A stretch of DNA of 64,000 nucleotides from Promethearchaeota archaeon (GTDB lineage Archaea; Asgardarchaeota; Thorarchaeia; Thorarchaeales; Thorarchaeaceae), in assembly GCA_014728035.1 (NCBI GenBank), contig WJMJ01000046.1:96001-160000 (forward strand), in the 5' to 3' direction. Below the pieces are notes generated by a model. The model searched no databases. It was not told the origin of the DNA and saw nothing but the letters and a program-made list of their open reading frames with translations. This document shows, in pieces, positions 19,813 to 29,436 of this stretch. Position numbers and translations under genes: made by a program. The first letter of the stretch is position 1; every line of letters begins with the position of its first letter.

Positions 19813-21012
19813 TTAGAAATCAGGTTCGTTCTTTAATCCCCATTTTGGAATATCTTTCATAGCTGGGTCATAGCCATCAAAAACATGACGGCTGAGAATC
19901 AGGCGCTGAATCTCACTAGTACCTTCATAAATCTGATATAATTTGGCATCTCTGAAAAGCTTCTCCATAGGATATTGATCGATATATCCATAGCCGCCAT
20001 GGATTTGAAGGGCTTCGGATGCAACCTCCATTGCAGCATCGGTCGCATATGCTTTAGCAACGCTTGCAGGAACAGTTGAGTCGCCTGTTGTATCAGCAAC
20101 CCATGCAGCTTTCTGATAGAGTGCCCGGGATGCTTCAATCTTCATATACATCTCAGCCAATTTGAATTGAATGGCCTGAAACTCCTTTAACTTTTTAGTA
20201 AATGCTTCACGTTTCTCAGCATATACTCTAGCGTACTCCATTGCAGCACGTGCAAGGCCAGTTGCAAACGCAGCAATTGCAGGGCGGGTCATTGCAAAAG
20301 TCTGCATAGCAATCAGAAAACCCATTCCTTCGGAGCCCAATAGATTTTCTTCAGGCACCTTTGCATCTTTGAAAATAACAGAAGATGTAACAGATGCTCT
20401 GTGTCCCATTTTTTCAACTGGAGGACCAGTTCTAACACCTGGTGTGTCAGCATCCACAATGAAAGCACATAGTGCTTGATGACGTTTTGTAGGATCAAGA
20501 CTTGCAAAAACAGTAAAGTAATCTGCATAGGGTGCATTAGTAATCCAAAATTTTGAACCGTTCAGAACATAATCAGACCCATCCTTTTTCACCCGTGTAC
20601 GAATTCCGGCAACATCACTACCCATATACGGCTCACTACAGGCAAAAGATACGAACTTCAATTCTTCAACGAGTGGTCGGAGGTACTTCTCTTTCTGTTC
20701 ATTATTACCAGCAACAAGAATGGGTTCAGCGCCAAGACTGTTAACATAGATGCTAGTAGTCATGCCTGCACATCCAGCTGCCATCTCTTCAACCACAATA
20801 CATTGTTCTAAGGCACCAAGTCCCGGACCACCATAATCATCTGGAATTCCAAGATTCATAAGACCCAGTTCCCAGCATTTTTTTATAATTGGAAGGGGGA
20901 ATTCACCTGTTTTATCGTAATGATGGGCATACGGAATCATATACTCTTGGGCAAAATCTCGTGCCTTTTTCTGAAGATTAATCTGTTCCTCTGTAAGACT
21001 AAAGTCAATCAT
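19813..21012 (-). CDS. Acyl-CoA dehydrogenase
   Basis: SEP..GSD, LNGSKFWITNA, REAF, QIHGGYGY, IYEGTSEIQ. Confidence 0.95.
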   Translation of the reverse strand: MIDFSLTEEQINLQKKARDFAQEYMIPYAHHYDKTGEFPLPIIKKCWELGLMNLGIPDDYGGPGLGALEQCIVVEEMAAGCAGMTTSIYVNSLGAEPILVAGNNEQKEKYLRPLVEELKFVSFACSEPYMGSDVAGIRTRVKKDGSDYVLNGSKFWITNAPYADYFTVFASLDPTKRHQALCAFIVDADTPGVRTGPPVEKMGHRASVTSSVIFKDAKVPEENLLGSEGMGFLIAMQTFAMTRPAIAAFATGLARAAMEYARVYAEKREAFTKKLKEFQAIQFKLAEMYMKIEASRALYQKAAWVADTTGDSTVPASVAKAYATDAAMEVASEALQIHGGYGYIDQYPMEKLFRDAKLYQIYEGTSEIQRLILSRHVFDGYDPAMKDIPKWGLKNEPDF

Positions 21013-21093
21013 TTTTGCTCCCTCTGAAAGCTGTCTAATGGAAAACAGTATACACAGAAGTATAAGTTACTTTTGAATTAACAGAATAGTAAC

Positions 21094-23355
21094 TTATTGC
21101 TTCTGAGAAATTTGTTTGACAACTTCAGGAAGATTCCATTTCAATTCTAAATCTAGAGCTCCTTCGTCAGGTCCCGGACATCGTCGCACACAGGTTCGAC
21201 AAGCCACACAGAGCCAGAGGTCAACTTCAACAGTGCCGAATCCAGGACTCTCTTCATTTAGAGGAATATCAAGGTCTGAACGATTAGCAGCTAGATTTCT
21301 GACGGTCTTGTAAAATAAAGATCTAGTGCTTGGAAGAGACTCAAGTTGCGATTCAGTTATTTCAAAGAATTTTGACATCTGCAAATGTGGTTTAAGCTCA
21401 ATTGCATTTTCTGGACAAGCAATCTCACAAGATTTGCATCCAAGACATTTTGACGAGTCCCAATTAACAGTTCCAAAACCAAGTATTGGAGCATACCCCA
21501 TCATTGACTCGTATTCTTCAAGAACTCGTGGGACATCCACATCTACAAGGTCATCCAGAGTTACTTTAGGACGAGTACTTGGGATTCTCGCACGTGTGCG
21601 GTAGGTCATGGAAACTGCGGATTTTATCGAGTCCTCGACTTCTGTGAGAATATTTGAAGCAATTATTTTACCTTTTACTTCAACTTTGGCAAGTTTATCA
21701 CGGGCTTTAGATATGGTTTCAAGAAGATTAGCTAAGGTACCAATATCCCTTGGTTCAAGTTCATCAACTAAGTCTCGAAGCTCGGAAACAGCAGAGAAAA
21801 GTTGTGAAGCAATTACACTAACTGTTTGAAGTGCAATTTCTGCCTCGGAGGGGGTTCTTGGTACATCATACAACAGATATCCATGCTCTTCACCAGCACC
21901 TATTAGCAATTCATCTTTTTTCATTCGTAATAAGTGCCGAAAAACTCTATCTTGGGGAATGCCAGTTCTCTTTGCGAGATCTTCCGCAGAAGAAGCACCC
22001 AATTCTCGAATAAGAACAAGTAATGTGCCACGTTCAAGTTCACTATCAAGATAGCTATCCATTATCATCTTGTAGCGTTCCGGATCTAATTTTTCACCGT
22101 ATACATTAAGACCCGATACAAGATTAGGACCCTTTTCAAGCGTGATTTTTAGTCGGAAACGAGCGAATGCTTCAAGACCCGCGGAGATGAGCAACTTAAG
22201 ATCTTCTGAATCAGAGATTGTTTGTTTTGAAATTGCTGATTCGATGCAAGTATCTACTATATCACGCAGCTCACCCATCTGATCAGATAATGCAGTTGCA
22301 TCATATTCACCCAAAATTTGAAGGCGTTCATAGAGAGACTCCAGTTCTTCGGATGAGGACTTGACAAGATCTCTGTCATCTCCTTTAACGGACTTCTTTA
22401 TTGCACGCATTTGTTGAATGATGCGTTTCAATACAAGAGTAGTTTCTGGAACGGATCCAAGCACACGAGAAAAGACAGGAGCATGATGGTCTAAACCAAC
22501 CATTTCCACCTCACCCCGTTGTATCATTGAAACAATTGCATACTGGATATCTTCAGTAGGCGTTTCCATTAGTTCTCCCAGTTCGACTACTGTTTTAGAT
22601 CCCATATTACTCAGAATGAATAGGATAATTCCACGATATAGTTCTGTAAGCACATTTTTCTTTACTAATGTAAGAAATCTTGATTCATCGATACGGCCTT
22701 CTCGCTTCCCTCTCTTTAGTTGAGCGACGGTTCTAAGAAATGGCCCATATCGTGTTTTAGTACCAAGTTTTTGTAATTTGGAGAGAGATTCATCAGGAGA
22801 TTTGTCAATATTAGGAATAATATCTGAAAGAGATGAAATTATCGTTTGGAGATCTTCCTCAGCATCAACAGCCTCTGCTTTTGCTATATCCTCTAGATTT
22901 GAAACCATAGATTCAACATCGGCAACAAGAGAGGGGATTTTCTGCAGTTGCTCTGAGATATCCGTTTCGTCTTTTGCTGTTTCAGAGTCAGTAGTTTGTT
23001 GTAGACGTTGAAGGCGATTCTGAATTAGTTTCAAGAAGTTAGCTAATACTTTCGAATCCGAATGGGAGATAGCTTCGTCAAATTGGGAAACGGATTGAGT
23101 TAGTATACCAATATCTTCTACGTCTTCCAGTAATTCCATTCTCTCAGCAGATTGAAGAAACTCATCAAAGTATTTCGCAGGAAATGACTCTATTGATTCA
23201 ATTAGAGGACTTAACCGATTTTTAAGCTGGGCTATTTCCTCTTGCACTTTACCAAGAGAAACTGCAGACTCCTCTTTGAGGCCTCCTAGAACCATTACCA
23301 TATCTAGCATTCGACGTCTTTTAGGTGCTATTTCTTTAACCACAGGACCACTCAC
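21094..23355 (-). CDS. Large helical protein with two wHTH repeats and a C-terminal 2x[4Fe-4S] ferredoxin domain
   Basis: Repeats ELYRGIILFIL..KTVVELGELM and ELERGTLLVLI..SSAEDLAKRTG; CLGCKSCEIACP and CVACRTCVRRCP; overlaps upstream stop (ATGA). Confidence 0.8.
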   Translation of the reverse strand: MSGPVVKEIAPKRRRMLDMVMVLGGLKEESAVSLGKVQEEIAQLKNRLSPLIESIESFPAKYFDEFLQSAERMELLEDVEDIGILTQSVSQFDEAISHSDSKVLANFLKLIQNRLQRLQQTTDSETAKDETDISEQLQKIPSLVADVESMVSNLEDIAKAEAVDAEEDLQTIISSLSDIIPNIDKSPDESLSKLQKLGTKTRYGPFLRTVAQLKRGKREGRIDESRFLTLVKKNVLTELYRGIILFILSNMGSKTVVELGELMETPTEDIQYAIVSMIQRGEVEMVGLDHHAPVFSRVLGSVPETTLVLKRIIQQMRAIKKSVKGDDRDLVKSSSEELESLYERLQILGEYDATALSDQMGELRDIVDTCIESAISKQTISDSEDLKLLISAGLEAFARFRLKITLEKGPNLVSGLNVYGEKLDPERYKMIMDSYLDSELERGTLLVLIRELGASSAEDLAKRTGIPQDRVFRHLLRMKKDELLIGAGEEHGYLLYDVPRTPSEAEIALQTVSVIASQLFSAVSELRDLVDELEPRDIGTLANLLETISKARDKLAKVEVKGKIIASNILTEVEDSIKSAVSMTYRTRARIPSTRPKVTLDDLVDVDVPRVLEEYESMMGYAPILGFGTVNWDSSKCLGCKSCEIACPENAIELKPHLQMSKFFEITESQLESLPSTRSLFYKTVRNLAANRSDLDIPLNEESPGFGTVEVDLWLCVACRTCVRRCPGPDEGALDLELKWNLPEVVKQISQKQ

Positions 23356-25511
23356 TTACTCACTTCCATCCATTTTCCTGCTGTGCCTTTGTGAACTGGT
23401 GTTGGACCAAATTCGTTGGCACGTCGGACCATCTCATTAATCGCATTTGTGAAACGTTCAGGTTCTGCACTGAACATTCTAAACATATCAACGCGTTCAC
23501 CATTCCAACCAATTGCACTAAGGATTTCACGAGCGACATCAACTTGCACCTGAGCAATTTCATTTCCGGTCCCACCAATGTGGCAACGGTCGGTTTCGCA
23601 TGCAGCAATCATAACTGTGCTTGCGCCATTTTCAAACGCCTTCAAAATGTCAATTATTGATACTCTTCCAGCACAAGGAACAGAGATCATGCGAGTGTCC
23701 GCGGAATACTCCATTTTTTGCGTTCCTACGATGTCAATTGTTGAAACTGAACACTCTTCACAGTAAAAACACAGTGTTAGAGGAGGGTCAGGCCCAGCAT
23801 TCTCAAGTACACCCTCAATCTCACTCCAAAGTTGTTCATTATTTAGAAAATTCAATTGAGTTGCACCAGAAGGGCAAAGGCTTTGACATACCCCACATGC
23901 GTGACAATTCAGTGTGTCTATTGCCGCCTTAAACAGAATCTTCTTCGATTCATCCACAGCTTCGGCTTCAGTCTGCTCAATCATAATGGGAACACCACGA
24001 GGGCATTGTTGTGCACATAAACTACATCCCACACAATCATCTATTGATAGAACAGCTCCACGGGATAGTTTTCTTATTTCGCCACCTTGAAGCTCATTAT
24101 GTATCATGAGGGCACCAGCCTGCGCCTCTATAATTGATTCGGACACGAACTGAGGTCGGGTGACAGCTCCAACACCCACAACGCCACGACGCCGTGTTTC
24201 ATTTCTACGTAATTTGCCATATAGTTCTTTTATGTGCCCATCATCCTCAAGATGATATCCAAGAGTTTCACCAAGTTCAGACAGGCCATCGGGAGGTAGT
24301 ACTGCAGAGGAGAGAACAACAAGATCAGGAGTTGTTTCAAAGTATTTATTCAGTAACGAGTCGTAAAATCGGAGGTGAGTTCTGCCATCTTGCTCCCAGA
24401 CCAGACTTACTCTCCCACGAATATAATCTACTCCATTTTCACGAGATTCTTTGTAAATCATTTCGTTTTCAAAGGGCACACGAATGTCCATGTAGATGAT
24501 TCGAACTCGTGCATCAGAATTGTTTTTCATAATTTCTAATGAGTTATCAATTGCAAAAGTACAGCATAATTTGCTGCAATCACGTTTGTAATCCTCGGAA
24601 CGACTGCCGACACATTGAACCATTATGACCTCCTTAACAGGTTTGTCATCAGAGGGGCGTCTAAGATCGCCAGACGACAACATTTGAGAGAGTTCGTATT
24701 GAGTGACCACATCAGGATTCTTTCCATACCTATATTCATCCATCTCAAATGGCTTGTATTCTTTGAAACCCATTGCGAGAACTACAGCGGATGTCTTAAT
24801 CGTATCCTGTAATCCTTCGGATTGAAAGTGTATTGTGAAATCGCCAAGTTCGCCTTCAACAAATTTTACTCTAGTATTGTATAGAATGGTGATATTCTTG
24901 GATTTCTCGACCAATTCAAGTCGTTCACTTAGAATTTCTTTACCGGATTTCCCAGTTGGAGCAACAATTGGAAGATGACTAACATGGCCACCAAGTTCGT
25001 CAGATATCTCAATCAATGTGACCGAATACCCAAGGTTTTCAAGGCTGAGTGCAGACTCTATTCCTGCAATTCCTCCACCAATAACTGTAACATGATTGGG
25101 GATGCTCTTTTTATCAGTAAGTAATGGAGTTGAGAGTGTAGCTCTTTTTATCATACCCCGAAGCATTGCAAAGGACTTCTCGCTTGCTGCTTGTTGGTCT
25201 TTATGGACCCAGTCAGAGTGCTCGCGAATGTTGACATAATGAATAAGTGAAGGGTCTTTATTTGCACTGGTAAGGAAATTATCAATACGGGGTTTTATCT
25301 TCTGGCTTGTACACGCTGCTATGACAACAGGGCCATTTTCAACCATTTCTGCAATATTTCTCAAACCATCTGGCTGACACACCAAATCATGAATTATGAC
25401 ATCAGAGGTGTAATCTATATCCTTGACTTGACCAGCTAAAGTATCGAAATCTAGTTCTAATTGTTTACCACATGTGCAAATAATAACCGATGTCTTCTTT
25501 TCTGTCATCAT
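23352..25511 (-). CDS. hdrA: HdrA-like flavoprotein fused to ferredoxin and MvhD (QmoB-like architecture)
   Basis: ICTCG, AACT, VNIRE, GGGIAG, QCVGSR..CSKLCC, two CxxCxxCxxxC, C-terminal MvhD (FYCEEC, VPCAGR). Confidence 0.85.
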   Translation of the reverse strand: MMTEKKTSVIICTCGKQLELDFDTLAGQVKDIDYTSDVIIHDLVCQPDGLRNIAEMVENGPVVIAACTSQKIKPRIDNFLTSANKDPSLIHYVNIREHSDWVHKDQQAASEKSFAMLRGMIKRATLSTPLLTDKKSIPNHVTVIGGGIAGIESALSLENLGYSVTLIEISDELGGHVSHLPIVAPTGKSGKEILSERLELVEKSKNITILYNTRVKFVEGELGDFTIHFQSEGLQDTIKTSAVVLAMGFKEYKPFEMDEYRYGKNPDVVTQYELSQMLSSGDLRRPSDDKPVKEVIMVQCVGSRSEDYKRDCSKLCCTFAIDNSLEIMKNNSDARVRIIYMDIRVPFENEMIYKESRENGVDYIRGRVSLVWEQDGRTHLRFYDSLLNKYFETTPDLVVLSSAVLPPDGLSELGETLGYHLEDDGHIKELYGKLRRNETRRRGVVGVGAVTRPQFVSESIIEAQAGALMIHNELQGGEIRKLSRGAVLSIDDCVGCSLCAQQCPRGVPIMIEQTEAEAVDESKKILFKAAIDTLNCHACGVCQSLCPSGATQLNFLNNEQLWSEIEGVLENAGPDPPLTLCFYCEECSVSTIDIVGTQKMEYSADTRMISVPCAGRVSIIDILKAFENGASTVMIAACETDRCHIGGTGNEIAQVQVDVAREILSAIGWNGERVDMFRMFSAEPERFTNAINEMVRRANEFGPTPVHKGTAGKWMEVSK

Positions 25512-25513
25512 AA

Positions 25514-26764
25514 TCACTTCCGGCTTTGGAGAATCTTGCTGACTACTGCACGAGCCTGTGTTACACTTTCTGGTACTTCTGCAGGGCCTAGAGCGCCTCC
25601 ACATGCATAAACATGGGGGCCAATAACAATCTCATTACCAGTAGTGATGTCCTCTGGTTTGAAATATCCACTCGAAAGAGAAAGACCTAATGATTGGGCT
25701 AATTCGGCAGAACCAATTGGTGGTTCTAGTGCAGATGAGAGTACAAATAGGTCCACATTAAACTTCAAATATTTGTCAAGTAAAGAATCGTAGACAATTA
25801 CATCTATGGAGCCATTATCACATTCTTCAACCCGAGTAACTCTTCCCCGTACAAATTCAACACCAGCATCTCGCGCATCACGATAGTATTGTTCGTGTCG
25901 ATCGTAAGTTCGTATATCCATATATACAACACTTACTTTTGCAGAGTTACGCTCCATAGCTATGATATTTGCATGTTTTATTGCAAAGACACAACAGATT
26001 TTGGAACAGAATGGATAATAATTTTCATCTCTGCTTCCAACACATTGAACCATCATCACATGGTTTGCAGGTGCTCCGTCAGAGGGTCGAACAAGCTGCC
26101 CCTCAGAAGGACTATTAGGATCAAGAATTTTAGCTAATTCGAGTTGTGTGATAACATTAGATATTTTGCCATATGCATACTCATCTAGTTCAGTAGGTTT
26201 CATTTCATGATAACCAGTAGCAAGCACAACATCAGAAACGGCTATTGTTTTTTCCGTTGGTTCCGCGTCCAAAGAAATAGCTCCAGTAGGACATTCTTTT
26301 TCAGCTGTTTTTGCGCCCTCATCCGATTTAGAGGGGTTATAGATAACAGCTTGAGGTTGACATTGTGGCGATGTGAGTGAGAATGCTTTCGAATGTTTGA
26401 GACATAGACCACACATAGTGCATTTCTTAGAGTCAACATAAACTGGACCGACATCCAATTTTGCTTGGAATGTTTCACCTTTGCGGATGATATCAGAAAT
26501 ATTGGTATTGGTATGAAGTACAATATTCGGTTGATCAATCATGGCACTTCTATAGAAGCATTTTCTGATGCCGGGTCGCCAGCGATTTCCTTCAAAACAA
26601 TAAAAACAATCATCAGTGGGGAATGCTTTGTAGAGATTAAGAGAATTCCCACCAATAGTTGATAATCTATCGATAAGAATCACTTCAATACCAGAATCTG
26701 CTAGTTCGACTGCAGCAGTCATTCCAGCTACACCCGCACCGATGATAAGGACAGGATCTGCCAT
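25514..26764 (-). CDS. hdrA: HdrA-like flavoprotein (short, QmoA-like size)
   Basis: GAGVAG, FPTDDC, inserted ferredoxin, QCVGSRD..CSKICC, YMDIRT. Confidence 0.85.
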   Translation of the reverse strand: MADPVLIIGAGVAGMTAAVELADSGIEVILIDRLSTIGGNSLNLYKAFPTDDCFYCFEGNRWRPGIRKCFYRSAMIDQPNIVLHTNTNISDIIRKGETFQAKLDVGPVYVDSKKCTMCGLCLKHSKAFSLTSPQCQPQAVIYNPSKSDEGAKTAEKECPTGAISLDAEPTEKTIAVSDVVLATGYHEMKPTELDEYAYGKISNVITQLELAKILDPNSPSEGQLVRPSDGAPANHVMMVQCVGSRDENYYPFCSKICCVFAIKHANIIAMERNSAKVSVVYMDIRTYDRHEQYYRDARDAGVEFVRGRVTRVEECDNGSIDVIVYDSLLDKYLKFNVDLFVLSSALEPPIGSAELAQSLGLSLSSGYFKPEDITTGNEIVIGPHVYACGGALGPAEVPESVTQARAVVSKILQSRK

Positions 26765-26777
26765 GGCATTCAGCACC

Positions 26778-27644
26778 TCATTCAGATAGGTGTTCTAAAA
26801 TCGGGTCAGCTGAAACACGATTCAGTTCCAACCCAACCTCCTCTTCATCCATTCCCATAGATAAAGCTAAAATTTGGGGATAAAGGAGAATAGGAAGATT
26901 GTAATCTTCATTATAGGAATTCTTCAATCCTAATTGTTGCAAATCCAATTGATTCCCACAGGCAGGACATACCACTGTAGCAAACTTTGCACCCGACTCG
27001 GACATTGATTTAAGTTTGTCACGGGCTAATCTAATGGCAAGAGGTTCGTTGACTGGAAGAACTGTGGCGCCACAACATTGCTTCCAAAGTGGATATTCAA
27101 TAACAGACGCACCTGTTACTTCTACAAGCTCACTAAGAATGTCTGGAGTGAATTCAGTCACATCCAGAGGACGAAGCAGATGGCATCCATAATGAATAGC
27201 TATACCCACACCATCAAGTGGTTTCGTGACTTTCTTTCGAATCTCATCAATACCAATATCAGTATATAGTGCTTCCACAAAATGACGAACTTTGATTGTA
27301 CATTTAAGCTCCAAGTCCATCTCAGATAGTTTCTCATTGACTTTTTTCAGGTCTTCGGGAGCATGCTTCAAATGATGTAAAACATCCTTCAAAGATCCAA
27401 AGCACCCGTTGCAGGGAGTAACTATATCATATCCGTTCTTTTCGCCGATAGCTAATGTGCGTGCATTTACTACTAACCAGCCAAAGTAATCTATTGCACG
27501 GAGATTGGGACTACCACAACATGCGACATCTTCCATGTAGATTAATTCCATTCCAAAAGATTCAGCAACACGAATCATAGAAGCTTCATAATTGGGGTAA
27601 TTGGCAGGAACACTGCAACCCATATAGAGATTATAAGATGGCAT
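26778..27644 (-). CDS. hdrB: Heterodisulfide reductase subunit B
   Basis: Two CCG domains: GC, CCG, CNGC, HYGCH, CCG, CPAC. Confidence 0.93.
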   Translation of the reverse strand: MPSYNLYMGCSVPANYPNYEASMIRVAESFGMELIYMEDVACCGSPNLRAIDYFGWLVVNARTLAIGEKNGYDIVTPCNGCFGSLKDVLHHLKHAPEDLKKVNEKLSEMDLELKCTIKVRHFVEALYTDIGIDEIRKKVTKPLDGVGIAIHYGCHLLRPLDVTEFTPDILSELVEVTGASVIEYPLWKQCCGATVLPVNEPLAIRLARDKLKSMSESGAKFATVVCPACGNQLDLQQLGLKNSYNEDYNLPILLYPQILALSMGMDEEEVGLELNRVSADPILEHLSE

Positions 27645-27646
27645 CT

Positions 27647-28186
27647 TTATTCATCACCTGCAAGTTTTCCAGTTCTTGTGCTTTTTAGAATCAACTTGAC
27701 AGCATCAGTTGAAAGACCTGGCACTTCGGGTTCAAGTTCAAGGTCCTCACGTTCCCAATCAGCAGTCACTTGATAGAGCTGTCCTTTTCCAAGCAATTCC
27801 TTTCCAAGTCCAACTATACTAGAGGGGACTTTACCAGCTTCTGCAGCTAGATTCTTACAGTCAAAGAAAATGTCTGTAACACGAACATTCTGAGGGCAAC
27901 GCTCTTGACATTGGAAACAAGTTAGACATTCCCAAATTTCGGAACTTGAAAGGACTTCATCACGCATTCCTAGTATGATCATTCTGATTAGCTGATGGGG
28001 TTTATGATCCCATTGATTTGCAATAGGACACGCCGCAGTACATGTGGAGCAGGCGAAACACGCTGAAAGCTCCTCCCCATTTGGCATACTATGTATTGCA
28101 TCTCGGAAAGATGAATCTAATGAAGACATTTCAATTGGTTCGATTAGAGTATCTGGCACACCGGCCTTGTCTTTAGTTTCGGCCAT
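27647..28186 (-). CDS. hdrC: Heterodisulfide reductase subunit C
   Basis: CFACSTCTAACP and WECLTCFQCQERCP. Confidence 0.93.
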   Translation of the reverse strand: MAETKDKAGVPDTLIEPIEMSSLDSSFRDAIHSMPNGEELSACFACSTCTAACPIANQWDHKPHQLIRMIILGMRDEVLSSSEIWECLTCFQCQERCPQNVRVTDIFFDCKNLAAEAGKVPSSIVGLGKELLGKGQLYQVTADWEREDLELEPEVPGLSTDAVKLILKSTRTGKLAGDE

Positions 28187-28283
28187 GATTTCACCACAGG
28201 TTTGAATGCCTGAATAGTTATGTTTGCGAACTTACTGCCTATATTTAATCTTTGCAGAGTGACAACACATTAAGAACTCAATC

Positions 28284-28502
28284 CTATGGTTGTTGTTCAG
28301 CTGGAAGACCTCGACGATAAGCCAAGTAGAGAATGCAGAAAATAGGAGGCAGTATGAGTATCTCATAAAGAAGGACAGATAATAGAGGTTCCTCGGTTAA
28401 TGGGTATGACATACCACCAATTGCAGCGAATATAACACATATCACTCCTGCAATACCGAGTATCCAGTGTCGAGTTGGCTTCATGGATACAGAACTGAAC
28501 AT
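28284..28502 (-). CDS. Small two-TM membrane protein
   Basis: Two hydrophobic helices; gaggt RBS. Confidence 0.55.
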   Translation of the reverse strand: MFSSVSMKPTRHWILGIAGVICVIFAAIGGMSYPLTEEPLLSVLLYEILILPPIFCILYLAYRRGLPAEQQP

Positions 28503-28529
28503 TCTACCTCTTAGTGCTTTCGTTCTGCA

Positions 28530-28811
28530 CTAAATTGAATCACGAACCAAAATAAGTTGAGAAAGAAGATTATCATGACTGGCATCAATGTACACTTGAA
28601 GTTTGTTAGTAAGTTCAAGTATGTAAGTAATCAGATTGTTAGGATTTCCATGTAAGGCTACCAGGGTGGTAGTTCGTTCATCTTTCAATAATCTGAACAC
28701 ATTAGATAATGCAACACGTAACTTTTCAAAATTAGATGCAGTATCAGTTTTTGTCTTAACCAAATCAGCAATTATAGCGGATAGTTGTTCTTCCACAAAA
28801 TTTTCACTCAT
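28530..28811 (-). CDS. Hypothetical helical protein
   Basis: Co-oriented directly after GINS; aggtga RBS. Confidence 0.55.
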   Translation of the reverse strand: MSENFVEEQLSAIIADLVKTKTDTASNFEKLRVALSNVFRLLKDERTTTLVALHGNPNNLITYILELTNKLQVYIDASHDNLLSQLILVRDSI

Positions 28812-28824
28812 GATTTTCACCTAA

Positions 28825-29436
28825 TTATTTTTGAGAAACTACTCTTACTGCTACATGATTATGAATCATATTTTTCGCATTAGGCGCTGGAACCGAAGCT
28901 ATATCCTCAGCTTTGAACGGACCAAGTGTGGTTCCATCGATGCCAACACTCGCCGGAACATCGGTTAGAAATTTCAATGTTATATATTCGATTTCTCCTT
29001 CGGATTCAGGTGGCTTTTCCACGATATCATCAGTTGGACGAGTTTTGGAAGCTCTGTCAGATGAAACAGATCCAGCAAGCGATTCTTCTATGAACTTACT
29101 ATGAGCTTCCATTCCTCTAAGAACGCGATTATACAGCTCTTCTTCGGAGATTGTCATTAGACCTACTGGTCGCTTTCCTGCCAAAGCGGCATCAACTATT
29201 TTTCTACTTCGGATTTGAAGCAAATCACGAATCATAAATTCAAGATTCTGAATCTCTTGAGTAAAGAGGTTAGCTTGCAATTGATTATCAGCATCAGTGT
29301 GAGCAAGAGATAGACGTGTTTTTGATAGGTAGGAAATCATGTCGCCTAATCGCAAATCCTCAAGATCCCCTAATTCATCGAATTTTACTTCGGATTTCCA
29401 AATACGATATACATCATCATAGCTTAGTTTACTCAA
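28825..29436 (-). CDS. GINS complex subunit (Gins15/51 type)
   Basis: R..KI...A, MT..EE.LY, B-domain FL.DVP..VG.DG...GPFK.ED...P..NA; directly after priS. Confidence 0.85.
   Translation of the reverse strand: MSKLSYDDVYRIWKSEVKFDELGDLEDLRLGDMISYLSKTRLSLAHTDADNQLQANLFTQEIQNLEFMIRDLLQIRSRKIVDAALAGKRPVGLMTISEEELYNRVLRGMEAHSKFIEESLAGSVSSDRASKTRPTDDIVEKPPESEGEIEYITLKFLTDVPASVGIDGTTLGPFKAEDIASVPAPNAKNMIHNHVAVRVVSQK

Noticed and set aside
25512-25604. N-terminal extension of the HdrA-MvhD fusion in the ORF track
   Set aside because: Overlaps the upstream hdrA; the real start is ATG 25511/25508 (similar artefactual extensions exist for GINS, GPN, Trm11 and mvhD)
23352-28186. Selenoprotein forms of HdrA/MvhD with SECIS elements
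   Set aside because: All ORFs are uninterrupted, with Cys at the motif positions
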